Notes: generated from the letters alone by a model not told the origin. Positions 38,750-51,504 are shown, counted from the first letter of the stretch. The stretch is DNA of 64,000 nucleotides from Gammaproteobacteria bacterium (GCA_965240365.1 OZ251218.1:2254356-2318355); one strand, 5' to 3'. Made by a program: numbers and translations.

Positions 38750-38905
38750 TACTCCATCGTCATTTATGGACAGAGGTGAAGTGAAATATTCGTTGTCATT
38801 CCGGCCTGTCTGCCGCAGGCAGGCGAAAGCCGGAATCCAGAAGGCGGCGCCAAGGTGGTGTATGGACTCCCGCCCGTGCCTGACTGCGGCAGGCAGGAAA
38901 CCCTG
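38750..38905. repeat. Palindromic repeat cluster at the right border of the low-GC island
   Basis: tcgtcatttatggacagaggtg, gtcattccggcctgtctgccgcaggcaggcgaaagccggaatccag, ctgactgcggcaggcagg. Confidence 0.6.
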
Positions 38906-38912
38906 GTCGATT

Positions 38913-39725
38913 TTATTTCAAATTCAGCACATCCCGCATGTCGAACAGTCCCCTGTCCTTGCCGGCCAGCCATTTTGCGGCCTTGAGCGCGCCGTTGGCG
39001 AAGGTTTTTCTGGAAGACGCCTTGTGTGTTATTTCGACACGTTCGCCGTCCGCGGCAAACAGGACCGTGTGTTCGCCAACCATATCGCCCGCGCGGATGG
39101 TTTGAAAGCCGATGCTGCCGGGCTTTCTTTCTCCGCTTCCGGCCCGGTTATACTCGGCGCATTCGCTTAAATCGCGCCCCAGCGCCGCGGCCACCACTTC
39201 GCCCATGCGCAGGGCCGTGCCCGAGGGCGCGTCTTTTTTGTGGCGATGGTGCGCTTCGATGATCTCGATGTCGGTGTCGGCGCCGATTGCCCTGGCCGTC
39301 ATCTCCAGCAGTTTGAGGCAGAGGTTGACGCCGATGCTCATGTTCGGCGCATAAACGATGGCGATCTGGTCCGCGGCGGTCTCCAGCAGTTTATGGTCTT
39401 CCCGGCCGAGGCCGGTCGTGCCGATGACCATTTTTGTATTGGTGGCCACACACTTCTGAATATTGGCCGCAAATCCGGCGGCCAGGCTGAAATCAATCAG
39501 CACATCGACATTATCAGCGGCATTATCACCCAGCGCAGCAACACCCGTGACCGGCACGCCGAGCCTGCCTGTCCCGGCCAGTTCACCGGCGTCTCGCCCC
39601 GCCGCGGGTGATTTGTCGTGTTCAATCGCGGCGGTGACTTTAACGCCTTCTGTCTCGTGACAAAGCGCCAGGATGGTTCTGCCCATCCGGCCGGCCGCGC
39701 CGCATACTCCAATTTTGAGTGTCAT
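38913..39725 (-). CDS. dapB: 4-hydroxy-tetrahydrodipicolinate reductase
   Basis: [18 protein letters not shown](P) motif, [15 protein letters not shown] active-site region, 270 aa. Confidence 0.9.
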   Translation of the reverse strand: MTLKIGVCGAAGRMGRTILALCHETEGVKVTAAIEHDKSPAAGRDAGELAGTGRLGVPVTGVAALGDNAADNVDVLIDFSLAAGFAANIQKCVATNTKMVIGTTGLGREDHKLLETAADQIAIVYAPNMSIGVNLCLKLLEMTARAIGADTDIEIIEAHHRHKKDAPSGTALRMGEVVAAALGRDLSECAEYNRAGSGERKPGSIGFQTIRAGDMVGEHTVLFAADGERVEITHKASSRKTFANGALKAAKWLAGKDRGLFDMRDVLNLK

Positions 39726-39759
39726 TTGTCTGTTTCCTCTCGCGCTACGAACAGCAAGG

Positions 39760-40901
39760 CTAACCGGTCATGGATTCAAAGAATTTTTTGACGCCGTCCA
39801 GCCATGAACTCGCCTGCGGGCTGTGCCGGGCGCCGCTTGATTGCATGGTTTCATCAAATTGCCGCAGCAATTCTTTTTGTTTGTGATTGAGTTTAACCGG
39901 CGTCTCGACCACGACCCGGCAGAGCAGATCGCCTTTGGCCGAGTTGCGCACCGAGCGCACGCCTTTGGCGCGCAGGCGAAACATCTTGCCGCTCTGGGTT
40001 TCGGGCGGTATTTTCAGTTTCACCTTGCCGTTGAGCGTGGGCACTTCGAGTTCGCCGCCGAGCGCGGCCGCGACAAAGCTGATCGGCACATCGCAGTGCA
40101 GATCAGTCCCCTCGCGCGCGAAGATAGGGTGCGGCTTGACGTTGATATGCACATACAGATCGCCGGCCGGGCCGTTATTTTCCCCGGCCTCGCCCTCGCC
40201 CGAGAGCCGGATGCGGTCGCCGTTATCCACGCCCTCCGGCACCTTGACGGAGATGGTCTTGCTGTCCTGCACCCGGCCCTGGCCCTGGCATGAGGCGCAC
40301 GGGTCGCTGATAATCCTGCCCTGCCCGCGGCATTGCGGACAGGTTTGCTGCACCGAGAAAAAGCCCTGTTGCATACGCACCTGCCCATGCCCGTCGCAAG
40401 TCGGACAATTGGCGGGCGCGCTGGATTTGCCGGCCCCTGATCCGCGGCAACTGGCGCAGGCCGTCATCCTGGGGATGCGGATCTTGACGGTGGTCCCCGC
40501 GACCGCGTCTTCCAGCGAAAGCTCCAGGTTGTACGCAGGTCCGCGCCGCGGTAAACCCGGCTGCCGCCGCGGCCGCCACCGCCAAAGATGTCACCGAAGA
40601 CGCTGTCAAAGATATCGCCCAGCCCCGCGCCCTGGCCAAAGCCGCCCTGCCCCGCGCCAACGCCGGCGCCGGCATCGACCCCGGCATGGCCGAATTGATC
40701 ATAAGCGGCGCGCTTTTTTGCGTCGGAAAGCACATCGTAGGCCTCTTTGGCCTCCTTGAATCTTTCCTCGGCCCCGGCGTCGCCCTCGTTGCGATCAGGA
40801 TGGTATTTCATGGCCAGCCGCCGGTACGCCTTTTTGAGGCCGGCCTCGTCGGTGTTTTTTGAAACACCGAGCACTTCGTAATAGTCTCGTTTATTTGCCA
40901 T
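39760..40901 (-). pseudogene. dnaJ: Chaperone DnaJ with an apparent 1-nt deletion frameshift (or sequencing error) near 40533
   Basis: J-domain and G/F region in ORF 40464-40901; Zn-finger CxxCxGxG repeats and C-terminal domain in ORF 39760-40467 in the +1 frame. Conserved [13 protein letters not shown] is split: observed gacctgcgtacaacctggag, expected cgt tac aac. Confidence 0.85.
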
Positions 40902-41039
40902 GCCGTTAAGTTTTTTATGATCGCTTAAAAACGCGCCTGGTACCGATGAAAACCGGCAACAAGATACGCACAAGCCCGGAGAAGATGAACATCCCCGGGC
41001 TTGTGTCCATGCCACCGCGCTCGATCAAGGCGCCAGGCC

Positions 41040-42968
41040 TTATTTTTTATCGTCTTTGACTTCCTCAAATTCGGCATCGACCACGTCATCCTTGCCGGCC
41101 TCCGGCTGCGCTTCAGACGCCGCCTCCGGCCCGGCGTTGTCGGCGCCCTGTTGTTGGGCGTATGCCTTTTCGGCCAGCTTGCCGGCGACCTCGGTCAGCT
41201 TTGTGGTCTTTTCCGAGATGGCGTCTTTGTCATCGCCCTGCAATGCCGTTTCGAGATCGGCAATCGCGCTTTCGATGTCTTTTTTCTCCTGCTCCTCGGC
41301 CTTGTCTCCGAGTTCGGCCAGTGATTTTCTGGTCGCATGGATCATATTCTCCGCCGTATTGCGGGTCTCGACCAGTTCGCGCGCCTTGCGGTCTTCTTCG
41401 GCGTGGGCCTCGGCGTCCTGGATCATGGAATCGATCTCCTTGTCCGACAGGCCGCTGGACGCCTTGATGATGATGGACTGCTCCTTGCCGGTCGCCTTGT
41501 CTTTGGCGGAAACGTTCAATATGCCGTTGGCGTCTATGTTGAAGTTGACCTCGATTTGCGGCATGCCCCGCGGCGCGGGCGGTATGTCGCTCAGGTCGAA
41601 CCGGCCCAGCGACTTGTTGCCCGTGGCCACTTCGCGCTCGCCCTGCAAGACATGCACGGTCACGGCGGTTTGATTGTCTTCGGCCGTGGAGAAGGTCTGA
41701 CTGGCCTTGGTCGGGATCGTGGTGTTCTTCTCAATGAGCTTGGTCATAACGCCGCCCAGGGTCTCGATGCCGAGTGACAGCGGGGTCACGTCCAGCAACA
41801 GGACATCCTTGACATCACCGCCCAGCACGCCGGCCTGAATGGCCGCGCCGACGGCCACGGCCTCATCGGGATTGACATCCTTGCGCGGCTCCTTGCCAAA
41901 GAAGCCCTGCACCTTGTCCTGCACCATCGGCATGCGCGTCTGCCCGCCGACCAGGATCACATCGGTAATATCCGAATTGGACAGGCCGGCGTCGTTCAAT
42001 GCCACCCGGCACGGCTCAATAGTGCGCTCTACCAGTTCTTCGACCAGGGATTCCAGCCGCGCGCGGCTCATCTTCAGGTTGAGGTGCTTGGGGCCGCTGG
42101 CATCGGCCGTGATGTAAGGCAGATTCACGTCCGTCTGCTGGCTGGACGACAGTTCGATCTTGGCCTTCTCGGCCGCCTCCTTCAGGCGTTGCAGCGCGAG
42201 CGGGTCATTGTGCAGATCCACGCCCTGCTCCTTTTTGAATTCATCACACAGGAAGTCGATGATGCGCAGATCGAAATCTTCGCCGCCGAGGAAGGTATCG
42301 CCGTTGGTGGACAACACTTCAAACTGGTGTTCGCCGTCCACCTCGGCAATCTCGATGATGGACACGTCAAAGGTGCCGCCGCCCAGGTCGTAAACCACGA
42401 TCTTGGCGTCCCCGCGCTGTTTGTCCATGCCATAGGCCAGCGCCGCCGCGGTCGGTTCATTGATGATGCGCCGCACCTCAAGCCCGGCGATACGGCCCGC
42501 GTCTTTGGTCGCCTGGCGCTGCGAGTCGTTAAAATAGGCCGGCACGGTGATGACGGCCTCCTTGACCTCTTCGCCCAGATAGTCCTCCGCGGTTTTTTTC
42601 ATCTTCATCAGCACCCGCGCGGAGACCTCGGGCGGGGCCATCTTCTTGCCCTTTACCTCCACCCAGGCATCGGCGTTGTCGGCCTTCACGATCTTGTAAG
42701 GCACCAGCTTGATATCCTTTTGCACCGTGTCTTCCTCGAAACGGCGGCCGATCAGGCGCTTGACGGCATACAGCGTATTGTCCGGGTTGGTCACGGACTG
42801 CCGCTTGGCCGACTGGCCGACCAGGATCTCATCGCCGTCCGAATAGGCGACGATAGACGGGGTTGTTCTGGCGCCTTCGCTGTTCTCGATTACCTTTGCC
42901 TGCCCGCCTTCGAGCACCGCGACACAGGAATTGGTCGTGCCGAGGTCTATTCCGATCATCTTTGCCAT
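41040..42968 (-). CDS. dnaK: Chaperone DnaK (Hsp70)
   Basis: [21 protein letters not shown], full-length 642 aa with all Hsp70 signatures. Confidence 0.95.
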   Translation of the reverse strand: MAKMIGIDLGTTNSCVAVLEGGQAKVIENSEGARTTPSIVAYSDGDEILVGQSAKRQSVTNPDNTLYAVKRLIGRRFEEDTVQKDIKLVPYKIVKADNADAWVEVKGKKMAPPEVSARVLMKMKKTAEDYLGEEVKEAVITVPAYFNDSQRQATKDAGRIAGLEVRRIINEPTAAALAYGMDKQRGDAKIVVYDLGGGTFDVSIIEIAEVDGEHQFEVLSTNGDTFLGGEDFDLRIIDFLCDEFKKEQGVDLHNDPLALQRLKEAAEKAKIELSSSQQTDVNLPYITADASGPKHLNLKMSRARLESLVEELVERTIEPCRVALNDAGLSNSDITDVILVGGQTRMPMVQDKVQGFFGKEPRKDVNPDEAVAVGAAIQAGVLGGDVKDVLLLDVTPLSLGIETLGGVMTKLIEKNTTIPTKASQTFSTAEDNQTAVTVHVLQGEREVATGNKSLGRFDLSDIPPAPRGMPQIEVNFNIDANGILNVSAKDKATGKEQSIIIKASSGLSDKEIDSMIQDAEAHAEEDRKARELVETRNTAENMIHATRKSLAELGDKAEEQEKKDIESAIADLETALQGDDKDAISEKTTKLTEVAGKLAEKAYAQQQGADNAGPEAASEAQPEAGKDDVVDAEFEEVKDDKK

Positions 42969-43025
42969 TTATTTTCTCCGCAATGCTTGCATGTTTGCTG
43001 TTAAAGGTATTTCCTGTTCCATAAA

Positions 43026-43054
43026 AGATGGGGTAAGCGCCTTGTTTTTCAAGG
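43026..43054 (-). promoter_or_regulatory. Sigma32 (RpoH)-type heat-shock promoter upstream of dnaK
   Basis: Minus-strand CCTTGAAAAACAAGGCGCTTACCCCATCT fits CTTGAAA-N13-CCCCATNT. Confidence 0.6.
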
Positions 43055-43104
43055 CTTTGGTCGGGCTTCTGCCGCGCTTAAACGAATATCGGCGGGAACG
43101 CGCC

Positions 43105-43755
43105 TTATTTGGCGACCATGACCGTGGCGGCCCTGATCAGGCGCCCGTTCAGTTCATAGCCCTTTTGCATGACCGAGATCACCGTGCCCGATGCCTTGCC
43201 TTCGGCCTCCTGCATGGACACGGCCTCATGTTGTTCGGGATTAAACTTTTCATCCAGCGGGTCGATCATCCTGACCCCGAATTTATCCAGGGCCGCGCCA
43301 AACATCTTCAGGGTTAATTCCATGCCCGCGCGCAGTTCCTTGATATTGTCCGTGTCGCCGCTGGCCGCCAGCCCGAGTTGCAGGCTGTCCATAATCGGCA
43401 ATAACTCGTTGACGAAGCCTTGCAGGGCGTATTTATGCGCGTTTTCTATGTCCCGCGCGGTGCGTTTTTGCAGGTTTTCCATATCGGCCCGGGTGCGCAG
43501 GGCCAGTTCCCGGTTGGCCTCGGCCTGCTCGGTCTCTTTTTTTAGCTGTAATTGCAGGGCCTCAATATCAATCTCAGGCGCGGCGGGATCGGCCTGATCC
43601 CCGGCTTCATTACCGACTTCGGCCGGCGGCGCGCCCGGCGTTTGGTCTTCGGCCGCGGGCCGCGCCTGGCCCGTCTCTTCCGTGCCCGCTTCGGCCGCGT
43701 CCTGCTGTTCCTTGACAACCTTGTTTTCTTGCGTTGGGTTTTCTTGCATTGGCAT
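43105..43755 (-). CDS. grpE: Nucleotide exchange factor GrpE
   Basis: GrpE coiled-coil and C-terminal domain (RTRADMENLQKRTARD...ISVMQKGYELNGRLIRAATVMVAK). Confidence 0.9.
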   Translation of the reverse strand: MPMQENPTQENKVVKEQQDAAEAGTEETGQARPAAEDQTPGAPPAEVGNEAGDQADPAAPEIDIEALQLQLKKETEQAEANRELALRTRADMENLQKRTARDIENAHKYALQGFVNELLPIMDSLQLGLAASGDTDNIKELRAGMELTLKMFGAALDKFGVRMIDPLDEKFNPEQHEAVSMQEAEGKASGTVISVMQKGYELNGRLIRAATVMVAK

Positions 43756-43818
43756 AATGACCTCTTACTTAAATCAGATACTATTTGTTATCCCAAAATC
43801 TCTGTCTTGAGTTGGGGA

Positions 43819-44880
43819 TTAATTCTTTGAATTCAAGGCGCAGCCCAGCATCCTGGCCGTGATATCCACGATGGGGATGACCCGCTCATAGTGCATGCGG
43901 GTCGGGCCGATGACGCCCAGCACGCCCAGTATCTGGCCGTCCACCTCGTAGGGCGCCGTGACCACGCTGTAATTGTCCAGCACATCATAACCGGATTCTT
44001 CGCCGATAAAGATCTGGATCCCGTTGGCATTGATGGCCTGTTCCAGCAAGTGCAGGATGTCGCGCTTTTGATTAAAGCTCTCAAATAATTTCTTGAGCTT
44101 GTCGATGTCCGACAAGGCGGCCACGTCCATGAGATTGGTCTGCCCCGAAAACAGCAGATCGTCATCCGGTTCGGCCTCGGTCCTGGTATTAAAGGCCATC
44201 TGCGCCATCTCAATCGCGGCCTGCATGGATTGATTGACCTGCTCCTTCATTTTTTCCAGTTCATCCAGGATGGTGGCGCGGACATAATTCAGGTCCTTGC
44301 CGGCAAAGATCTCGTTCAGATAGTTTGACACCTGCTGCAATTCCGAGGCCGAAAAATCCCTGGCCGTATTGATGATCCGGTTTTGCACCTCGCGCTCATT
44401 GACCACCAGGATCACCAGGATGCGCCTGGCCGACAGCGCCACAAATTCTATCTGCTGCAAGCGCGACTGTTCCACGCGCGGCAGCATGACCACGCCCGCC
44501 AGCCGGGTAATATCCGACAACATGCTGGAAGTGCGCTGCATCAGGGCCGACACATCGTCCTTGGGCGCGAGTTCCCGGGCGATCTTTTCGACTTCGGTGG
44601 AATTCAGGTCATCCACGCTGAGCAGGGTATCGACAAACAGGCGATAGCCTTTTGCGGTCGGGATGCGGCCGGCCGAGATATGGGGCGAATCGAGAAAGCC
44701 CAGGTCTTCCAGATCCGCCATGACATTGCGGATGGTGGCCGGGCTCAGGTTGAGCTTGGAATCCCTGGCCAGCGTGCGCGAACCGACCGGCATGCCATCC
44801 TCGATAAAATGCTCCACCAGCGACTTGAACAGGCGCAGGCTGCGTTCCGAGAGTTGCGAAGAATCTATGCTGGAAACCAT
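43819..44880 (-). CDS. hrcA: Heat-inducible transcription repressor HrcA
   Basis: N-terminal winged HTH SERSLRLFKSLVEHFIEDGMPVGSRTLA...ATIRNVMADLEDLGFL; start set at ATG 44880 (ORF-track start 44973 extends over the CIRCE). Confidence 0.85.
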   Translation of the reverse strand: MVSSIDSSQLSERSLRLFKSLVEHFIEDGMPVGSRTLARDSKLNLSPATIRNVMADLEDLGFLDSPHISAGRIPTAKGYRLFVDTLLSVDDLNSTEVEKIARELAPKDDVSALMQRTSSMLSDITRLAGVVMLPRVEQSRLQQIEFVALSARRILVILVVNEREVQNRIINTARDFSASELQQVSNYLNEIFAGKDLNYVRATILDELEKMKEQVNQSMQAAIEMAQMAFNTRTEAEPDDDLLFSGQTNLMDVAALSDIDKLKKLFESFNQKRDILHLLEQAINANGIQIFIGEESGYDVLDNYSVVTAPYEVDGQILGVLGVIGPTRMHYERVIPIVDITARMLGCALNSKN

Positions 44881-44918
44881 ACCAAAACGTGTAAACCGCA
44901 AAACGACCAGACAGGAAT

Positions 44919-44945
44919 TTAGCACTCTCCACCGGAGAGTGCAAA
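44919..44945. promoter_or_regulatory. CIRCE operator (HrcA binding site)
   Basis: TTAGCACTC-tccaccgga-GAGTGCAAA: 9-bp inverted repeat with 9-bp spacer, one mismatch to TTAGCACTC-N9-GAGTGCTAA; 40 bp upstream of hrcA. Confidence 0.7.
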
Positions 44946-45044
44946 ATCTTGTCCGGGCGGGCGGGGAATCCACAGGGCTGCCGGCAGCAGGCCGGTTTCG
45001 CGGATTAAGTATTATTTTGGTTGGGTAGGCAACAGGTCAGGATG

Positions 45045-45245
45045 ATGGGAAATGGGAACAACACCTCATCGTCATTTATGGACGGGATGTCCTGTATGCG
45101 GCGACCTGCCTGCTACAGGCAGGGCTCAGCGGGAAAATGACAACCAAACACACCATTTTGACCAGCCTGGAACGGCCAGACAGCGCCGGAATCCGTTTCA
45201 CACCCCGGCCCCGCCTCCTGGATTCCGGCTTTCGCCTGCCCATGT
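45045..45245. repeat. Palindromic repeat cluster
   Basis: catcgtcatttatggacgggatgtcctgtatgcggcgacctgcctgctacaggcagg ... cctggattccggctttcgcc. Confidence 0.6.
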
Positions 45246-45258
45246 TAAGTTGACTTCT

Positions 45259-47516
<2,258 letters not shown>

Positions 47517-47639
47517 TGTGAGGTCTCTCGTGTCTTTAGGTTAATTGGAAAAACGATATTGTAAGGATAGTTTAAATGATTCGCAAGTTTATTTTTATAA
47601 AAACAGGAAATTATTTTTAGCGTTGTTGTTTTGGCTTGT

Positions 47640-48010
47640 TTGCGGCAGGTAGCAGACAGGCGAAAACCGGAATCCAGGAGGGCGATGCCGTAGTGTAAAA
47701 CAGATTTCGGTTCTATCTGCCTGTAACAAGCCGTTCAGAATCAGGCATTTGTTGTCATTCCCGCTTGGCGGGAATGTATAATGAAAACCACTGGATTCCG
47801 GCTTTCGCCGGAATGACGGCGGGGGTTATTCTCGCTCCCGTCATTTATGTAGGCGCGCGCTCTGGAATAACCGATTCTTAACTTCATACACTATCGTCAT
47901 TCCGGCGAAGGCCGGAATCCAGGAGGGCGGGCCGTGGTATGAAACAGATTCGGGTTCTGTCTGCCTGTATCAAACCGTTCAGAATAAGGCATTTCCGGAA
48001 TGACGACGGG
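47640..48010. repeat. Palindromic repeat cluster (about 370 bp)
   Basis: cgaaaaccggaatccaggagggcg, gtcattcccgcttggcgggaatg, cactggattccggctttcgccggaatgacggcggg, tcgtcattccggcgaaggccggaatccaggagggcggg; internal 2x duplication. Confidence 0.65.
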
Positions 48011-48183
48011 GGTTATTCCCACTATGCCTCATTATCTGCCCGGCGCCTGTCTAAGGTGTGTCTCCCGTGCATAGTAACCACTCACAGACTACCCGGGTTT
48101 CTTGTCTCAGAAAAGTCTCACTATCTGGCTGAACCCGCACAAATCTATACCCGGCATGTTGCCGCTCGGCCGAAGACCGTGTT

Positions 48184-49083
48184 ATGTTTGACGAAAAGAC
48201 AGGGATTTTTATACAGATTATGTTTAACCGGATTGGCATTATCAGCAACTCGGGGGTCAAGGCGGCGCGGCTGATCCTGATCGAGTTGATCGATTATCTT
48301 GAAGCGCAGGATCGCGGCATTATTCTGGATAAATGCTGCGCCGAATTGCTGGACGGGTCGGGCCATGCGGTCTGCGCGCCCGGCGAACTCGGCAAAAATT
48401 GCGACCTGGTCATCGCCATCGGCGGGGACGGCACCATGCTCATGGCCTCGCACCTCTTGTGCGATTTCAACGTGCCGCTGTTGGGCATCAACCTGGGGCA
48501 TGTCGGTTTTCTGGCCGACATCCCGGCCGATGCCATCAGGCGCGATATGGAGGCCATCCTGAACGGCCGTTATGTCGAAGACATGCGCTTTTTATTGCGC
48601 GGCCAGGTGTTTCGCGGCGATAATTGCGTGTTTGAGGGCTATGCCGTCAATGATGTGATCATCCAGAAATGGAATATCGCCCGTCTGATTGAACTCGAAA
48701 CCTATATCAACAGCGCCTTTGTGCATACGCATCGCTCTGACGGCCTGATCGTCTCGACCCCGACGGGTTCGACCGCCTATGCCCTGTCCGGCGGCGGGCC
48801 GGTGGTGCATCCGGCCGTGGACGCGCTGTTGCTCGTGCCCATTTGTCCGCATTCCTTGACCAACCGCCCGCTGGTGGTCAACGGCGACAGTTGTGTCGAA
48901 ATCATCAGCGCCACCCACAAACCCGACCATGCGCGCCTGACCGTCGATGGCGAAAGCAGGCTGGAACTGGCGCCGGGGGATCGGGTGCGGATTAAAAAGA
49001 AGGATAAGAAAATACGCCTGATCCATCCGCCGCAACACGATCAGTTTCACATCCTGCGCGAGAAACTGCATTGGAGTAAATAG
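48184..49083 (+). CDS. nadK: NAD kinase
   Basis: GGDGTML...GINLGHVGFL, NDVII, DGLIVSTPTGSTAYALSGGGP; alternative ATG at 48220. Confidence 0.85.
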   Translation: MFDEKTGIFIQIMFNRIGIISNSGVKAARLILIELIDYLEAQDRGIILDKCCAELLDGSGHAVCAPGELGKNCDLVIAIGGDGTMLMASHLLCDFNVPLLGINLGHVGFLADIPADAIRRDMEAILNGRYVEDMRFLLRGQVFRGDNCVFEGYAVNDVIIQKWNIARLIELETYINSAFVHTHRSDGLIVSTPTGSTAYALSGGGPVVHPAVDALLLVPICPHSLTNRPLVVNGDSCVEIISATHKPDHARLTVDGESRLELAPGDRVRIKKKDKKIRLIHPPQHDQFHILREKLHWSK

Positions 49084-49088
49084 CCGCC

Positions 49089-50750
49089 TTGTTACGCCAA
49101 CTTGTTATCAATAATCTGGCCGTCATCGACCGGCTCAGCCTGGATTTTGAGACCGGCATGACGGTCCTGACCGGCGAGACCGGGGCCGGCAAGTCGATCC
49201 TGCTGGACGCGCTGGGCCTGATCCTGGGCGCGCGCGCCGAGACCGGCCTGATCCGGGGTGGCGCGGATAAAACCGACATCACCGCGATCTTTGTGGTCGA
49301 GGGAGACACGGCGCTGCGGCAAAGGCTGGACGCCCTGGACATTGAATGCGAGGCCGAACTCTTTATCAGGAGGACGATCAGCCGGGACGGCCGTTCCCGC
49401 GCCTACATCAACAATATACCGACGCCCGCGCAGACCCTGCGGGAACTGGGCCGGCAACTGATCGGGATCCACGGCCAGCATGCCTATCAGGCCCTGTCCG
49501 GCCTGGAGGCGCAACGCGAACTGCTGGACCAGACCGGCGCCTATCAGCCGCTTTTGGAGCGGGTCAAGCGTGTCCATGAATCCTGGAAGACGATCACGGA
49601 GCGATTGCAGGCCATTCACCCCGAGGGCGCGGAGACCGAGGCAAAACGGACCTTATTGCGTTACCAGATCGATGAACTGGAGGCGCTCGACATCGGCGAA
49701 TCCGAATACACGGCCGCGCATGAGGAATACAAGCGCCTGTCCAATGCGCAAACCATACTGGCCACCTGCCATGCGGCGCTGGACAGTCTGACGGAATCGG
49801 AAGATGCCGTGGCCGCGCGCCTTGGCCGCTGCCGGCAGGATATTCACGGCCTGTGCGGCTTCGATGAGAAACTGGCAAGTATCGCCACGCTGCTGGAGGG
49901 GGCCTCGATCCAGTTGGCCGAGGCGACGGGCGAATTGCGTCATTATATCGACCAGTTCGACGCCGACACCTCGCGCCTCGCCGTGCTCGAAAGCCGGCTC
50001 GATAAACTGCACGAACTCTCGCGCAAGCACAAGGTCAAGCCGGCCGAACTGGCGGCGCATCTGGGCCGGCTCACGGCCGAACTCGAACAACTTGAAGACG
50101 GGCAGGAACAGACCGAACTGTTGCAACAGCGGGAAACCGAGTTGCGCCGCGATTATGCCGCGCTCGCGCAGGAACTGCACGAGGCCCGCCGGCAGACCGC
50201 CGCGAGCATGGCGGCCGCCATCACGGAAAAAATGAAGGAACTGGGCATGGGCGGCGAATTCAGCATCGAGGTCGAGCAGACCGAGGCCGAACAACCGCGC
50301 GCCCGCGGTCTGGACAAGGTCAGCTTTCTGGTCTCGGCCAACCCGGGGCAGCCGCCGGGGCCCATCAACAAGGTCGCCTCGGGCGGCGAACTCTCGCGTC
50401 TGAGTCTGGCCATTCAGATTGTCGGTTCCAAAGATACGGGCGTGCCGACCTTGATATTTGACGAAGTGGACGCCGGTATCGGCGGCGGCATTGCCGAGAT
50501 TGTCGGCCGCCTGCTGCGACGCCTCGCCGGTCACCGGCAGATCTTGTGCGTGACCCATCTGGCCCAGGTGGCCTCCTGCGGCCATCACCATTTTCGCGTC
50601 TCCAAGAGGAACGAAAATGACCAGACCTTCACCGGGGCCGATAAACTCAATGAACAGGAACGCATCAATGAAGTCGCCCGTATGCTGGCCGGGATGACGA
50701 TCACCGACGAAAGCCGCGCCAATGCCCGCAAGATGCTGGAATCGGCCTGA
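49089..50750 (+). CDS. recN: DNA repair protein RecN
   Basis: Walker A LTGETGAGKSILLDAL, SMC-like coiled coil, C-terminal signature; TTG start right after nadK, as in the E. coli nadK-recN arrangement. Confidence 0.9.
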   Translation: MLRQLVINNLAVIDRLSLDFETGMTVLTGETGAGKSILLDALGLILGARAETGLIRGGADKTDITAIFVVEGDTALRQRLDALDIECEAELFIRRTISRDGRSRAYINNIPTPAQTLRELGRQLIGIHGQHAYQALSGLEAQRELLDQTGAYQPLLERVKRVHESWKTITERLQAIHPEGAETEAKRTLLRYQIDELEALDIGESEYTAAHEEYKRLSNAQTILATCHAALDSLTESEDAVAARLGRCRQDIHGLCGFDEKLASIATLLEGASIQLAEATGELRHYIDQFDADTSRLAVLESRLDKLHELSRKHKVKPAELAAHLGRLTAELEQLEDGQEQTELLQQRETELRRDYAALAQELHEARRQTAASMAAAITEKMKELGMGGEFSIEVEQTEAEQPRARGLDKVSFLVSANPGQPPGPINKVASGGELSRLSLAIQIVGSKDTGVPTLIFDEVDAGIGGGIAEIVGRLLRRLAGHRQILCVTHLAQVASCGHHHFRVSKRNENDQTFTGADKLNEQERINEVARMLAGMTITDESRANARKMLESA

Positions 50751-50869
50751 GCGGGGGTAAATTATAAAAATCCGCAGACCGGTCTGGTGCGCGCGGGTTA
50801 ACGCAGATGACGTACTTATTCTGGTCGCCTTGGCGCACAGGACGAAAATGGAAGGGTCTGTTGAAAGGT

Positions 50870-51490
50870 TAATTCCAGCCCCGTCGTCATTCCAGCGAAA
50901 GCTGGAATCCAGGAGGGTAGTCCGGGGTACTATAGTGGAAGCTCTGAATAAATCCATCCTGGATTTCTCAGAGCACGCAAGGTGAAAATGCGATTTTCAC
51001 CTTGCTTCAAAATCAATGATTTGCATCATTGATTTTGGCGGTACGTCCCTGTACCGCAGGAAACTCTGATTCAATCAGAGTTTCCTAGTGAATTGCAGCT
51101 TCCACCTGCCTGCGCCAGACCGGTCTGAATGGTGTGTTTGGTTGTCATTCCCGCAAGCGGGAATGTATAACATAAACCACTGGATTCCGGCTTTCGCCGG
51201 AATGACGGAGGGGGCGATAGCAGGTTTTTCGTCATTCTGGTCGGCCCCGTTGGTTACTCTTGACGCATTCCCGGGAGCAGCACTTTACCGTCATTCCGGC
51301 GAAGGCCGGAATCCAGGAGAGCGGGGGTGGAGTGTTGGATGAATTCCGGCTTTTGCCTGCTTGCACCGGACTTACCGGAATGGTGTGTTTGGTTGTCATT
51401 CCCGCTGGGCCTGTCACAGGCAGGAAGGTGAAAATCGCATTTTCATCTGGCGCGCCCTGAAAATCCAGGATGGACTTATTCAGGGCTTCT
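50870..51490. repeat. Repeat cluster containing a MITE-B copy plus dRS3-like palindromes and a partial MITE-B end (51420-51490)
   Basis: gtcattccagcgaaagctggaatccaggag; gtcattcccgcaagcgggaatg; cgtcattccggcgaaggccggaatccaggag; aggtgaaaatcgcattttcat...tccaggatggacttattcagggcttc. Confidence 0.65.
50937..51086. mobile_element. MITE family B copy (150 bp, near-identical to 60066-60214)
   Basis: ggaagctctgaataaatccatcctggatttctcagagcacgcaaggtgaaaatgcgattttcaccttgcttcaaaatcaatgatttgcatcattgattttggcggtacgtccctgtaccgcaggaaactctgattcaatcagagtttcc; TAGT on both flanks (putative target-site duplication). Confidence 0.7.
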
Positions 51491-51504
51491 TTTAGAATCA
51501 AACC

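Noticed and set aside
40223-40735. 170-aa ORF spanning the dnaJ frameshift region
   Set aside because: Third-frame artefact; the other two frames carry the DnaJ J-domain and Zn-finger sequences
50751-50800. Possible rho-independent terminator after recN (cagaccggtctg palindrome)
   Set aside because: Stem is a loop-less 6+6 palindrome without a following T-tract; not convincing as an intrinsic terminator
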